A DNA stretch of 64,000 nucleotides from an uncultured Rickettsiales bacterium (lineage in GTDB: Bacteria > Pseudomonadota > Alphaproteobacteria > Rickettsiales > RI-342): the NCBI GenBank assembly GCA_964435165.1, contig CAYSXY010000009.1:382-64381 (forward strand), written 5' to 3'. Positions 28,355 to 38,417 of this stretch are shown one piece after another. The translations under genes were made by a program, and so were the position numbers. The notes under the pieces are model-generated. The model worked only from the letters and a program-made list of their open reading frames with translations, searched no databases and was not told the origin of the DNA. How positions within the stretch are numbered: the first letter of the stretch is position 1; each line of letters opens with the position of its first letter.

Positions 28355-29872
28355 TCACTCTTCGCGCATGGCGGTGCGCATGATTTTCGTCCAGGGCGAG
28401 ATTAAATAATCCAGTGCCGTACGTTCCCCGGCTTTAATCAGCACTTCGGCCGGCATGCCCGGTATCAGCACGGTATCCCCCAGCACGGCCATTTCTTCCG
28501 CCGGCACTTCCACCACCGCCCGGTAATATTGTTCGCCATCGCGCATTTCCAATGCATCGGCCGATAAAGTTTTGATGTAACCGCGCAGCAATGGAGCGGT
28601 ACGCAACGACAGTCCCGGCAGGCGAATTTCCGCCTCCATGCCTTTATGCACCGAATCAATGTCAATTGGAGAGATGCGCGCATCAACCACCAGTTTTTCA
28701 TTGTCGGGTACCACGCTGACAAAAGATCCGCCCGGTGCAATCACGCCGCCAATGGTATGGACATTGAGCCCCACCACCTGGCCATCGACCGGCGAGCGGA
28801 CAATAGTACGCTCCAGCGTATCCTGCGCTGCCTGCATGCGAGGCAGAATATCAGCAATGGCCGCACGCACTTCGCGCAGTTCATCAATCACCTTGCTGCG
28901 GAAATTTTGTTGAAACTGAATGATTTCGATTTCCGTCTGGCCGATTTGCACCTGTGCTTTGGAAATTTCAGCCACCAAGCGTGCCACCTCTCCTTTCAGG
29001 TCAGCAGCTGCCCGCTCCAATGCCAGCACCCGAGTGCGTGATGAAAAGCCCTTGGCCAGCAATTTGCGCAGGCCCTTCAGTTCATCTTCAATCAGTACCA
29101 TCTGTTCTTCAATGGATTCTTTCTGTCCCTGCATCCCACTAATCTGGTCTTGCAGCTGTGTCATCCGCTGACGCAATATTTCTTTTTGGTTCGCCAGCTC
29201 TTCCTGACGTGCCTTAAATAATTGTTGCTGGGCAATAATTGTGTTTTCCACCTCCGCATCATCGCGATTCTGCTGCAGGGCGTCGCCAATGACGATATCC
29301 TCGGCCCCATCTTTCTCTGCCAGCAGACGCGCTTCGGTTGCCAGCAATTCCACATAGCGGCGATGATGAATATCATAATTGGCTTTGGCACGCGTATCGT
29401 CGAGGCGGATGAGTACCTGCCCGTCTTTGACAAAATCACCATCTTTCACGGCAATTTCCTGGATGATACCGCCTTCCAGATGCTGAATGGTTTTACGATT
29501 CCCTTCCACTGAAATGGCGCCGAACGCATGCGTTCCTTTTGCTAAGGGCGCAAATGCCGCCCAGATGAAAAAACTACCGAATGCCAGAATAATCACTAAA
29601 TAGCCTGAGCGAATGGCACGGCGTACATCCATCACATCACGCGCCGACTCTCCCGCCAGGATATTTCTTCCCAGTAATTCGCGCACCAATCTGTGCCCAG
29701 AGAGACTCGCCTGCGCCGCAGAGCGGCGTATATCACGCCCCAACTGGCGGCGCGCTTCGGCAGAGCGCGTGGCCTCTTTTAATGCGTTCAAACCGGCCAT
29801 CATGCGTGTTATCGCCGCTGTCCCTGTCTGCTTCACATACTGAGAAAAACCTGTGCGTTTCAGTGTCGTCAT
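28355..29872 (-). CDS. HlyD family T1SS membrane fusion protein (copy 2)
   Basis: NRKTIQHLEGGII, GGVIAPG, PGMPAEVLIKAGERT; extended cytoplasmic N-terminus; ATG 29872 with AGGA RBS. Confidence 0.92.
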   Translation of the reverse strand: MTTLKRTGFSQYVKQTGTAAITRMMAGLNALKEATRSAEARRQLGRDIRRSAAQASLSGHRLVRELLGRNILAGESARDVMDVRRAIRSGYLVIILAFGSFFIWAAFAPLAKGTHAFGAISVEGNRKTIQHLEGGIIQEIAVKDGDFVKDGQVLIRLDDTRAKANYDIHHRRYVELLATEARLLAEKDGAEDIVIGDALQQNRDDAEVENTIIAQQQLFKARQEELANQKEILRQRMTQLQDQISGMQGQKESIEEQMVLIEDELKGLRKLLAKGFSSRTRVLALERAAADLKGEVARLVAEISKAQVQIGQTEIEIIQFQQNFRSKVIDELREVRAAIADILPRMQAAQDTLERTIVRSPVDGQVVGLNVHTIGGVIAPGGSFVSVVPDNEKLVVDARISPIDIDSVHKGMEAEIRLPGLSLRTAPLLRGYIKTLSADALEMRDGEQYYRAVVEVPAEEMAVLGDTVLIPGMPAEVLIKAGERTALDYLISPWTKIMRTAMREE

Positions 29873-29912
29873 GAAGAATCTTTCCTGTTTACAATCAATC
29901 GCGTAATGCGGC

Positions 29913-31667
29913 TCACACAGCCGGCGCCATGCTACGCATGGAGGTGACGTTGGTATTTGCCGCTTCCTCACCTTGTTTGACCGGCTGGGTCAAGGTGGGC
30001 AGCACCTGTTCTTTCAGACCAAACGCCACCGCCTGCCCTGCCTTGAGATAAAGCAATTTATTCATACTCTGAATGGTGCGTGGATTATGGGCAATCACCA
30101 CCACCGTCACGCCTTCTTGACGCAGATGCGCCAGCGCTGCTGCCAGGGCCTGCTCTCCCTGCTGATCGAGGTTTGAATTAGGCTCGTCCAGCACGATAAA
30201 AGCCGGGTCATTATACAATGCACGCGCCAGTCCGATCCATTGGCGCTGCCCACCTGATAATATGCCGCCCTGGCTGCGTATTTCCGTATCATAGCCTTGG
30301 GGCTGCTGAAGAATACGCTCATGCACGCCGGCCTTTTTCGCTGCGCGGACAATCGCTTCGTCATCGCGCTCGCCGAAACGGGCAATATTATCGGCAATGG
30401 TGCCATCAAACAGTTCGATATCCTGCGGCAGATAGCCGAGATACTGGCCTAAATCACGGTGATCCCAATTATAGACGTCTGCTCCGTCTAACCGCACATG
30501 CCCGGCTAGTGGCTTCCAGACGCCCACAAGCAAGCGCGCCAATGTGGATTTACCGGCACCGCTCGGGCCAATCACGCCCAGCCCATCGCCGGGCTCTAAC
30601 TCAAAGCTGACATTACGAATCGTATGGCGCTCCGCTGCGGGCGGCGCCGCCACCACCCCTTCCAACTGCAATGCCCCAACCGGGCGCGGCAGCCTGGTAA
30701 TTTTGCTTTCATCCTCTTCATTATGTGACAGCAGCTCCTGCAAATGCTGATAAGATTCACGGGCTGTGGCAAATCCGCGCCAGCCACCAATCACCATTTG
30801 AATCGGTGCGATCATTCGCATCATTAAGATGTTGGCAGCAAACATGACACCGGGCGTGACCGTGTGTTGCAGCGCCAGGTAACAGGCCGCCCCCAGCATA
30901 ACCACCTGCATAATAAAGCTGGAGGTTTTGACCATGGCATTGACCCGGCCCATTTTTTCCGATGCCAGCGTAAAATCATCCAGTGACTGGTCACGGTGAA
31001 GTGCCCAGCGCTTACGAATCCCTTCAAACATGCCCATCGCCGACAGCGCTTCCGCATTGCGCAAGCTTGTCTCGGCAAAATAGGTGGCTTTACGCATTTC
31101 CTCACCGCCGCTGAGCATTTGCGGGCGCGATTTCAACTCATTATACAAGCCCATTCCCAAGACGACGATCGTACCACACAGGGCAATGATGCCGAGCATG
31201 GGGTGGAGTAGGAAAATCGCGAGCAGGAAGATGGGAATAAATGGCACATCAAGGAATGAGACCATTCCCGAACCTGAGAAAAACTGACGGATCGCGTCGA
31301 TATCTCCCAGCCCCTGCACGCTGGCCGGACGTTTTAAGTTCAGCTTGAACAAGGCGCTGAAAGCCTTGGGCGACAAGACGCTGTCAATATGGCCACCCAG
31401 ACGCGACAAGACAATATGGCGGATACTGTCCAATATGCCCATAATGAGCAACAGGCCGAGCGTGATGACGGTCAGTGCAATCAGCGTGGACTCACTGCGG
31501 CTGGATAAGACGCGGTCAAATAGCTGCATCATATAGATCGGCACGACCAGCATCATCAGGTTGACGAAGAAACTGAACAGGCCCACTGACATAATCGGGC
31601 CGCGTATGCTCATAAGCAATTGTTTCAATTCTTGCTGGGCGCTATTCGCCGCTGGCTTCTGTACCAT
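29913..31667 (-). CDS. Type I secretion ABC permease/ATPase, PrtD/AprD/RsaD family (copy 2)
   Basis: IYMMQLFDRVLSSRS, GPSGAGKST, LSGGQRQ, LDEPNSNLD. Confidence 0.93.
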   Translation of the reverse strand: MVQKPAANSAQQELKQLLMSIRGPIMSVGLFSFFVNLMMLVVPIYMMQLFDRVLSSRSESTLIALTVITLGLLLIMGILDSIRHIVLSRLGGHIDSVLSPKAFSALFKLNLKRPASVQGLGDIDAIRQFFSGSGMVSFLDVPFIPIFLLAIFLLHPMLGIIALCGTIVVLGMGLYNELKSRPQMLSGGEEMRKATYFAETSLRNAEALSAMGMFEGIRKRWALHRDQSLDDFTLASEKMGRVNAMVKTSSFIMQVVMLGAACYLALQHTVTPGVMFAANILMMRMIAPIQMVIGGWRGFATARESYQHLQELLSHNEEDESKITRLPRPVGALQLEGVVAAPPAAERHTIRNVSFELEPGDGLGVIGPSGAGKSTLARLLVGVWKPLAGHVRLDGADVYNWDHRDLGQYLGYLPQDIELFDGTIADNIARFGERDDEAIVRAAKKAGVHERILQQPQGYDTEIRSQGGILSGGQRQWIGLARALYNDPAFIVLDEPNSNLDQQGEQALAAALAHLRQEGVTVVVIAHNPRTIQSMNKLLYLKAGQAVAFGLKEQVLPTLTQPVKQGEEAANTNVTSMRSMAPAV

Positions 31668-31766
31668 ATATCCTTGCCACGTTGATTGTTACTCCGAAAA
31701 ACCGCTGCGTGTGTGCTGTCTCAGCACTCTTTTTTTCCAAAGGCATCCTTTATGCATCTGTCGGCA

Positions 31767-32489
31767 TCAGTCGATCTTTATTTCTACCTCTTTTCGCACA
31801 GACAGCAAGATTTCTTTGCTGGTCGGCACAAAAAGCTCTGTTTGCCCAGATTCCAGCATTCTAATCATTTCTGAAAACGTCAAAATATCTAACACACTGT
31901 ATTCCTGTTTTTTGTTATGAGAGCGACGCCTTATCTCCGCTGCTGATACCGGCAATGATGCGCCGATGACCACATCAAGACACCCGCGCGTTTCTATCAA
32001 GGCGTAGGGCGTGAGAGATGTTGCCTGCTCCAGTTGCAATCCTGTTTCCTCATGTAGCTCAGTCGATAGCTGGCCTGCCAGTAGTTCGACTGCACTCGTG
32101 GGCTGGGCTTGCACCTCGACGCCACCGGAAGGCACAAGCTCCCAACACCCGGGATGCTGGGTCACATTGTCAGCGCGACGGCCACAAAGATAGCCATGCG
32201 GGGTTTCAATCACACCGCTCACAGCAAGCGCTAACGGTGCTGTACTTTCGGCAAACTCGTCGTGATGATAGCAGACCCACCAATCCGCATAGGCCATCGG
32301 CGCAATCACCAGCTTCTCAGCTGTGTAATGTCGTACCCCGTAAAGCCTGCCATTGGTCAGGCCAGGATGATGCCGTCTTGCTTCCTGCCAGCACTGATCC
32401 ATCGCCTTGCGCTGCGGAGATGACCCAGGCCGAATGGCGTCCGGTTGCACCGTCAATATGGGCCAGTCATTCAGTCGAGTCACTGCCAT
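31767..32489 (-). CDS. NUDIX-fold hydrolase
   Basis: GRRA..V…PG.WELVPSGGVE…ELHEETGL (Nudix box with Thr in place of Arg); overlaps the HAD gene. Confidence 0.75.
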   Translation of the reverse strand: MAVTRLNDWPILTVQPDAIRPGSSPQRKAMDQCWQEARRHHPGLTNGRLYGVRHYTAEKLVIAPMAYADWWVCYHHDEFAESTAPLALAVSGVIETPHGYLCGRRADNVTQHPGCWELVPSGGVEVQAQPTSAVELLAGQLSTELHEETGLQLEQATSLTPYALIETRGCLDVVIGASLPVSAAEIRRRSHNKKQEYSVLDILTFSEMIRMLESGQTELFVPTSKEILLSVRKEVEIKID

Positions 32490-33118
32490 AGCAGTGCCAA
32501 TTCATCAAAATGGTGCAAAGGCAGCACGACACCTGATTGTTCCCCTGCCGCACTGCCATAGGCATAAATGCGGGCAATACCGGCGTCCGTCGCGGCTGTA
32601 ATGCCTGCTGCAGAGTCTTCCACCGCCACCGCATCGCTGGCATTGCAATGCAACTGGGCGAGCGCTTGATGATAAGGCTCGGGGTGCGGCTTGCCATGGC
32701 TGACCATTTCGCCGTCGATAATGGCAGTGATATGCTCATGAAGCCGGTGGCGCGCAAGCCAGTCTTCCACCAATATGCGCGCCGATGACGTAACGACGGC
32801 GACCGCACATTTGCAGCTTGCGGCCTTCATAACGATTTGCTCTACACCGGCACTTGGCTGAGCCGTTGCATAGGCCTGGGCCACCTGTTGAAGATACGCC
32901 TGATGGAGCTGATCTTCTGACTGAGCAAGACGATAACGTTGCTTGAGCGTCGAGACAATGGCGCTGAGTGGCGGGCCATTGAGTTCGTCAAACTCGGCAT
33001 CACTGCCAGCAACACCGGCATGTGTGTGCAGAAACTGATGATAGGCACGGCGCATGGTCGGCAGCGTATCGGCCAGGGTGCCGTCAAAATCAAGCAGCAG
33101 CGCTTGTGGCGGCTTCAC
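32480..33118 (-). CDS. HAD-IA family phosphatase
   Basis: DFDGTLADT motif I, VVTSS motif II, GKPHPEPY, EDS.AG; GTG start at 33118 inside the synthase 3' end. Confidence 0.88.
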   Translation of the reverse strand: MKPPQALLLDFDGTLADTLPTMRRAYHQFLHTHAGVAGSDAEFDELNGPPLSAIVSTLKQRYRLAQSEDQLHQAYLQQVAQAYATAQPSAGVEQIVMKAASCKCAVAVVTSSARILVEDWLARHRLHEHITAIIDGEMVSHGKPHPEPYHQALAQLHCNASDAVAVEDSAAGITAATDAGIARIYAYGSAAGEQSGVVLPLHHFDELALLWQ

Positions 33119-34157
33119 GCTGCCAGTCCCCTTCGCCAATACCCTCTCCTGCGGCAATATTTCGCATCGCCCGGGATCCGCTGATCTGGTCGATAAATTG
33201 CGAATGTACGCCCTTGGATTGTTTGCCGGCACGTAATATATCGATATTCTTCCCTTCCTGCAGCACCTCCCCTTTTGTGATGGCGCATGTGGCCTGCACG
33301 GCACGCTGGGCAAAGCCATAGAGCTCCCGCTCTGCATCCTGCACCTGTTTGATACCGTCGCCCAACACCGCTTCGGTCGCACGGATAGCATCCACCATCG
33401 CCTTGAGCTCATCCGGTTCCACGGCGAAGGCATGATCCGGCCCGGGCAGACGGTTTTGTAAGGTATAGTGCTTCTCGATTACGGTTGCTCCCAACGCCAC
33501 GGCAGCGGCCGGGCCGTAGGTTGGGTGGCGGCTGTGATCGGAAAACCCTCCTGCCACGGAGAATCGCTCCATCAGCCAGGGAATCACCCGCAGGTTAAGC
33601 GTCTCCAGCGGCGCCGGATAGGCGGCCGTGCACTGCATGAGCGTTAAATCGGTACCACCCTCTGCTCGATAATGGTCAACCGCCCAGGCAATATCCGCCT
33701 CATCACTCCCCCCGGTTGACATAATGAGTGGTTTGCCGCTCGTTGCCACTGCTTCGATGAGCCGCCGATGCGTCAGTTCATAGGAGGCAATCTTGTGGCG
33801 CGATACGTAAGGATCGACCGCCGCAAAATCTGCCAGGCTGAACGGTGTGGTCATGAATTCCAACCCGCATTGCTGCGTGTAGTCCGCTAATTCCGGCACC
33901 ATCTCATAAGGCATAGATAGATCAGCGAAAATATCGTGAATATCTTCCTGAATGCCCGCATCGCTGAGATAATCGCTCTGGCCCGCTCCCGGCGCGTAGA
34001 CAGTCTCCGGCCGGTAGGTCTGAAATTTCACGGCATCCGCGCCCGCTTCTGCCGCCACTTCAATCAGTGCACGAGCCATCTCGCGATCACGCTTTGGCGT
34101 TCCCATGCGCCAGTTAGAACCAGCTTCAGCAATGATAAAAACATGGTGATGTGTCAT
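33090..34157 (-). CDS. Nonulosonic acid synthase (NeuB/PseI/SpsE family)
   Basis: FIIAEAG.N, GADAVKFQ, KIASYE, QCTAAYPAP, GFSDHS, IEKHYTL, GPDH; C-terminal SAF-like domain. Confidence 0.92.
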   Translation of the reverse strand: MTHHHVFIIAEAGSNWRMGTPKRDREMARALIEVAAEAGADAVKFQTYRPETVYAPGAGQSDYLSDAGIQEDIHDIFADLSMPYEMVPELADYTQQCGLEFMTTPFSLADFAAVDPYVSRHKIASYELTHRRLIEAVATSGKPLIMSTGGSDEADIAWAVDHYRAEGGTDLTLMQCTAAYPAPLETLNLRVIPWLMERFSVAGGFSDHSRHPTYGPAAAVALGATVIEKHYTLQNRLPGPDHAFAVEPDELKAMVDAIRATEAVLGDGIKQVQDAERELYGFAQRAVQATCAITKGEVLQEGKNIDILRAGKQSKGVHSQFIDQISGSRAMRNIAAGEGIGEGDWQREAATSAAA

Positions 34158-34176
34158 TTGTTTTCCTCTCTCTTAC

Positions 34177-34827
34177 TCATACATTAACCATTCTTGATGG
34201 CATGATGCAACGGGCGATCGCTTCCAACGCCAAGGGGGCGTATAGAGGGTAGAGTTGTTGCTTGATGATTTCCGCATAGTGCGATGCATCCATATGCTGC
34301 GGTTTGGGTGCGATATCCAGCCAGCACTGCGCAATAATTTCCCCTGCATCTACTTCCTCTACCATCTGGTGGGCGGTGATTGCCACGCGGCGTTCGCCGG
34401 CCTCAATCGCACGGCGCACCGGCTCAGCCCCGGCATAGCCCGGCAGCGCTCCACGATGCAGATTGATACAGCGATCAAATATGTTCAGCACGGCAGGAGA
34501 GACGATACCGCGCCAGGATAGCGATAAAAGCAGATGCGGAGCTGGTAGCGCCTCGGCGACGATATAATGTTCGAGTTTCGTATAATCCGGGTAGTCTAAT
34601 ATGGTGAGTGCAATCTTGTGCTCGTGGCATAGTGCACGGTATGCCGCTAATTCCGGTCGCTCCGCTCCCCCTTCAGTTTTTGGGGTGTTGCCATGTGTGT
34701 AAACATGGCGCAGTTCATATGTCGGCTGCTCCAGCAATGCTTTGAGGACCAGCAGGCCGGGCTCCCGCGCCAATAATGCCGTTAGATAGGTTGTCATGCG
34801 ATGCTCATTTACCCTTTTATCCAACAC
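34177..34827 (-). CDS. N-formyltransferase (formyl_trans_N family)
   Basis: INLH.G.LP.Y.GA.P and H.M.EEVDAGEII motifs; start may be 34797. Confidence 0.85.
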   Translation of the reverse strand: MLDKRVNEHRMTTYLTALLAREPGLLVLKALLEQPTYELRHVYTHGNTPKTEGGAERPELAAYRALCHEHKIALTILDYPDYTKLEHYIVAEALPAPHLLLSLSWRGIVSPAVLNIFDRCINLHRGALPGYAGAEPVRRAIEAGERRVAITAHQMVEEVDAGEIIAQCWLDIAPKPQHMDASHYAEIIKQQLYPLYAPLALEAIARCIMPSRMVNV

Positions 34828-34881
34828 ATACTGACATTATATAAGTAGCCTGATCTCATTTACCATCCTCTGCAGGCACTG

Positions 34882-35574
34882 ATGATTATTGCTATTATCC
34901 ATGGGCGCGGCGGCAGCAAGCGTATTCCGCGCAAAAATATCAAGCCATTTCACGGAAAGCCAATGATTGCCTACCCGCTGGAAGTGGCAGCGGCATCCGG
35001 CCTGTTTGATCGCATCATCGTCAGCACCGATGATGAGGAAATTGCGGCGATTGGCCGCGATTATGGAGCAGAGACACCGTATTTACGTCCGGAAGCGATG
35101 GCCGATGATCGCATCGGTACCGCCGAGGTACTTGCCTGGGATCTGGCTGAGCTAGGTGCCGAATCCGTTGATTATGTTTGTTGCATCTACGCAACGGCAC
35201 CATTCATCACCGCTGATGCCCTCACCCGTGGGCTGGAGACGATGCGTCAGTATGGATGTTCAACTGCCGTGCCGGTCACCACCTTTCCGTTCCCGATCTT
35301 TCGGGCATTGAAGACAACGGATGACGGTACGCTTGGCATGTTCTGGCCGGAACACCGCCTGACCCGCAGTCAGGACTTACCTGAGGCCTTGCACGATGCC
35401 GGTCAATTTTATTGGGTTAAACCGGCCATATTCCTGCACCAAAAGAATCTTTATGCTGAGGATACGCGCCCCATCCCGTTGGCTCGTCATCTGGTGCAGG
35501 ATCTGGATACGCTTGAAGACTGGCAGCGGGCAGAATATATGTATAAAGCGTTGAAAGAAAGTGGGGCATTATGA
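34882..35574 (+). CDS. pseF: Pseudaminic-acid-type cytidylyltransferase
   Basis: RGGSKRIPRKNIK.F.GKP, VSTDD.EI, CCIYATAP, RSQDLPEA.HDAGQFYW, VQDLDT.EDW. Confidence 0.88.
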   Translation: MIIAIIHGRGGSKRIPRKNIKPFHGKPMIAYPLEVAAASGLFDRIIVSTDDEEIAAIGRDYGAETPYLRPEAMADDRIGTAEVLAWDLAELGAESVDYVCCIYATAPFITADALTRGLETMRQYGCSTAVPVTTFPFPIFRALKTTDDGTLGMFWPEHRLTRSQDLPEALHDAGQFYWVKPAIFLHQKNLYAEDTRPIPLARHLVQDLDTLEDWQRAEYMYKALKESGAL

Positions 35575-36884
35575 GTCGTTTGGCTATTCAAGGGGGCGCG
35601 AAGGTTCGCAGCGAACCATTCCCGGCTTATCGTACGATTGGTCAGGAAGAGAAAGACGCTGTCACCCAGGTGCTCGATAGCGGCATTTTGAGCGCCTATC
35701 TCGGTTGCTGGCATGATAAGTTTATGGGTGGGCCTCAGATACGCGATCTGGAAGCAGAATGGGCAACATTCTTCGGCACAAATCACGCCATTGCCGTGAA
35801 CTCCAATACTTCCGGCCTCATCGCGGCGATGGGGGCCATCGGCCTGGAGCCAGGCGATGAGGTGATTGTCTCACCTTACAGCATGACCATTTCGGCCTCG
35901 GCCCCGCTTTTCTATGGCGGCATTCCCGTTTTTGCCGATGTGGAAGACCAGACCTTCTGCCTCGACCCGGAAAGCGTGGCGCGTGCCATCACGCCGCGCA
36001 CACGAGCGATCATCGGGGTCGATATTTTCGGTCACCCGATACAGGCAGGTTTACTTCGCGAACTGGCAGATAAGCATGACCTCTACCTGATTGAAGATTG
36101 TGCACAGGCGCCCGGCGCGACTCTCAGCGACAAGTATTGCGGAACATTAGGCCATATTGGCGTCTTTTCGCTCAACTATCACAAGCATATTCATTGCGGT
36201 GAAGGCGGCGTGGTGGTGACGAATGATGACGGCTTAGCCGAGCGCCTGCAGTTGATTCGCAATCATGCCGAGGCGGTGGTTGAAGCAAAGGGCGTGCATG
36301 ATCTGACAAATATGCTGGGCTATAATTTCCGTATGACGGAGATGGAAGCCGCCGTTGCACGATCTCAGCTGCGTAAATTGCCGTCCTTGCTGAAAAAGAG
36401 GCAGGAAAATTGCCACTATCTGGCGGAGAAGCTAGGTGAGATACCGGCAATCACACCGCCTCACATCCGCCCGGATGCTACCCATGCCTTTTACCTTCAG
36501 GCGTTCCGTTTTGATAGTGCAGAAGCTGGCATCGACCGCAACGGCTTTATCGATGCGGTCAAAGCCGAATTGCCCGTCATGAGACTGCGCGAAGAGGAAG
36601 GCGTGCTGATTGGCTGTGGTTATGTGAAACCGCTCTATTATCAGCCACTTTATCAAAAGCAACAGGCATTCGGGCGTGATGGATACCCATTTACCCTGGC
36701 TCAGGATCATGTGTCTTATGCAGCCAATCTCTGTCCGGTGGTCGAACGCTTGTGGCGGGAAGAGTTATTCACACTCGATCTGGCGCATAGTGACATGACA
36801 AAGCGCGACCTGGATGACATCGCCGCCGCCTTTCACAAAGTGTGGGAATATCGTCATCAGTTGCAACCAGCCCTCGCCGCCTGA
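35571..36884 (+). CDS. DegT/DnrJ/EryC1/StrS family sugar aminotransferase (second copy)
   Basis: LIEDCAQAPG, FSLNYHKHIHCGEGG, GYNFRMTE. Confidence 0.9.
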   Translation: MSRLAIQGGAKVRSEPFPAYRTIGQEEKDAVTQVLDSGILSAYLGCWHDKFMGGPQIRDLEAEWATFFGTNHAIAVNSNTSGLIAAMGAIGLEPGDEVIVSPYSMTISASAPLFYGGIPVFADVEDQTFCLDPESVARAITPRTRAIIGVDIFGHPIQAGLLRELADKHDLYLIEDCAQAPGATLSDKYCGTLGHIGVFSLNYHKHIHCGEGGVVVTNDDGLAERLQLIRNHAEAVVEAKGVHDLTNMLGYNFRMTEMEAAVARSQLRKLPSLLKKRQENCHYLAEKLGEIPAITPPHIRPDATHAFYLQAFRFDSAEAGIDRNGFIDAVKAELPVMRLREEEGVLIGCGYVKPLYYQPLYQKQQAFGRDGYPFTLAQDHVSYAANLCPVVERLWREELFTLDLAHSDMTKRDLDDIAAAFHKVWEYRHQLQPALAA

Positions 36885-36894
36885 GAGTGAGCAG

Positions 36895-37431
36895 ATGGGC
36901 ACGCCGATTCCTGAACAATGCTCTGAACGATTGCGCATCACACCGTTTACCCACCACCATTTGACGGAAGCGTATGTTGGCTGGATGAATGACCCGGAGA
37001 TTATGCGCTACAGCGAACAGCGTCATCGCCAGCATACGATGGAAAGCAACCAAGCCTATTTTGAAGCGATGCAGCAAGGGCCATCCGGCTTTTATGCTAT
37101 TATGGAGCAATTGAACGTGCCGGAGCGCCATATTGGCAATATGACCATTGCAATGAATCCACCCAATGGCATTGCTGATATCGCCATTATGATTGGTGCG
37201 GTGGACGCCCAAGGTCGCGGCTATGGTGCGGAAGCCTTCTCGCTGGTGCATGATGCACTCCTGGCACAGCCGGATATTCGCAAGGTCACCGCCGGCACGA
37301 TGGCGGTGAATGAGGCCATGATCCGGGTCGCCAAGCATGCGGGGATGAAAGAAGATGGGCGAAGAATAGGCCAATTCCTATTGGATGGGAAGGCGGTTGA
37401 CCTTGTCTATTTCGCCAGTTTTTCCTCATGA
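36895..37431 (+). CDS. GNAT (RimJ/RimL-type) N-acyltransferase
   Basis: Y..WMNDPE..RY, HIGN, IMIG…QGRGYG.EA, KVTAGT…N..M. Confidence 0.85.
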   Translation: MGTPIPEQCSERLRITPFTHHHLTEAYVGWMNDPEIMRYSEQRHRQHTMESNQAYFEAMQQGPSGFYAIMEQLNVPERHIGNMTIAMNPPNGIADIAIMIGAVDAQGRGYGAEAFSLVHDALLAQPDIRKVTAGTMAVNEAMIRVAKHAGMKEDGRRIGQFLLDGKAVDLVYFASFSS

Positions 37432-38417
37432 CTCCTCCCTACCGTGCCGCGGTTATCGGATTGGGTGCGATTGGCGCCACCCTGCCCTATATTCATAACC
37501 AATCTTCGCTCGACCATGCGCAGACACACGCCGCTACCTATCATCACCATCCCAAGGTGACATTGATGGGGGGCTATGATGACGACGCCTCTGCTTGCGC
37601 ACGTTTTTCCGATCACTGGCAGTTACCTGCCTATGATTCGCTGGATGCGATGCTTCATGAGAGGCCGCATATCGTCAGCATATGCTCCCCAGCCGCCTCG
37701 CACCCGGAGTTGCTGACGGCATGTATTGCAGCAGGAGTGCGGATGGTGTGGCTGGAAAAGCCACTGGCACCAACATTGACTGATGCTGAAGCCATGGCGC
37801 GCGCCGCTGAACAAGATTCAGTCACGGTGCTGGTTAATTTTTGCCGCCGGTATGCCCCCGCATATCGTGCGCTGCGCGAGATGGTAGGGCATCACACGCA
37901 TGGCACGCCGAAACATCTGACCATCACCTACTCACGTGGCTTGATGGAGAATGGATCGCATCTGTTGGATCAATTATGCTGGATGGCGGAAGATTCCGCC
38001 AGCTTAACCGTGTCACATGCCTGGGCAGGCAGCGACGCGCGCCATCCTTCCGCCTTATTGCACCTCACCCTACCGGACCATCAAATCGTGCCCGTGTCAC
38101 TGACGGGTATTGCCTCCATTGATTATCATACTCAGGAGCTGTTGCTCTATACTGATCGCGGACGTGTCGGCCTCTGTCAGCAAGGATATCACTGGCAGCA
38201 TGAACGCCGTATTGACAATCCAGACGCACCGGGTTTCTATCGGTTGAATCACTCGACGTCACCCGACGTCCCTACCGGATTTATCGGCTGCTTTGCTAAC
38301 GCCCTGGATGATTTGATCGCAGCGCATCAGGAGCAGCGCCTGCCGGTGAGCTCACTAAGCAGTGCTCTGGAAGGAATGCGACTGATGCAACAGATTCAGG
38401 AAACTTCAACAGCATGA
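37428..38417 (+). CDS. Gfo/Idh/MocA family oxidoreductase
   Basis: VIGLGAIG, ICSP…H, LEKPLA, VNF.RRY, NGSHLLD. Confidence 0.88.
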   Translation: MTPPYRAAVIGLGAIGATLPYIHNQSSLDHAQTHAATYHHHPKVTLMGGYDDDASACARFSDHWQLPAYDSLDAMLHERPHIVSICSPAASHPELLTACIAAGVRMVWLEKPLAPTLTDAEAMARAAEQDSVTVLVNFCRRYAPAYRALREMVGHHTHGTPKHLTITYSRGLMENGSHLLDQLCWMAEDSASLTVSHAWAGSDARHPSALLHLTLPDHQIVPVSLTGIASIDYHTQELLLYTDRGRVGLCQQGYHWQHERRIDNPDAPGFYRLNHSTSPDVPTGFIGCFANALDDLIAAHQEQRLPVSSLSSALEGMRLMQQIQETSTA

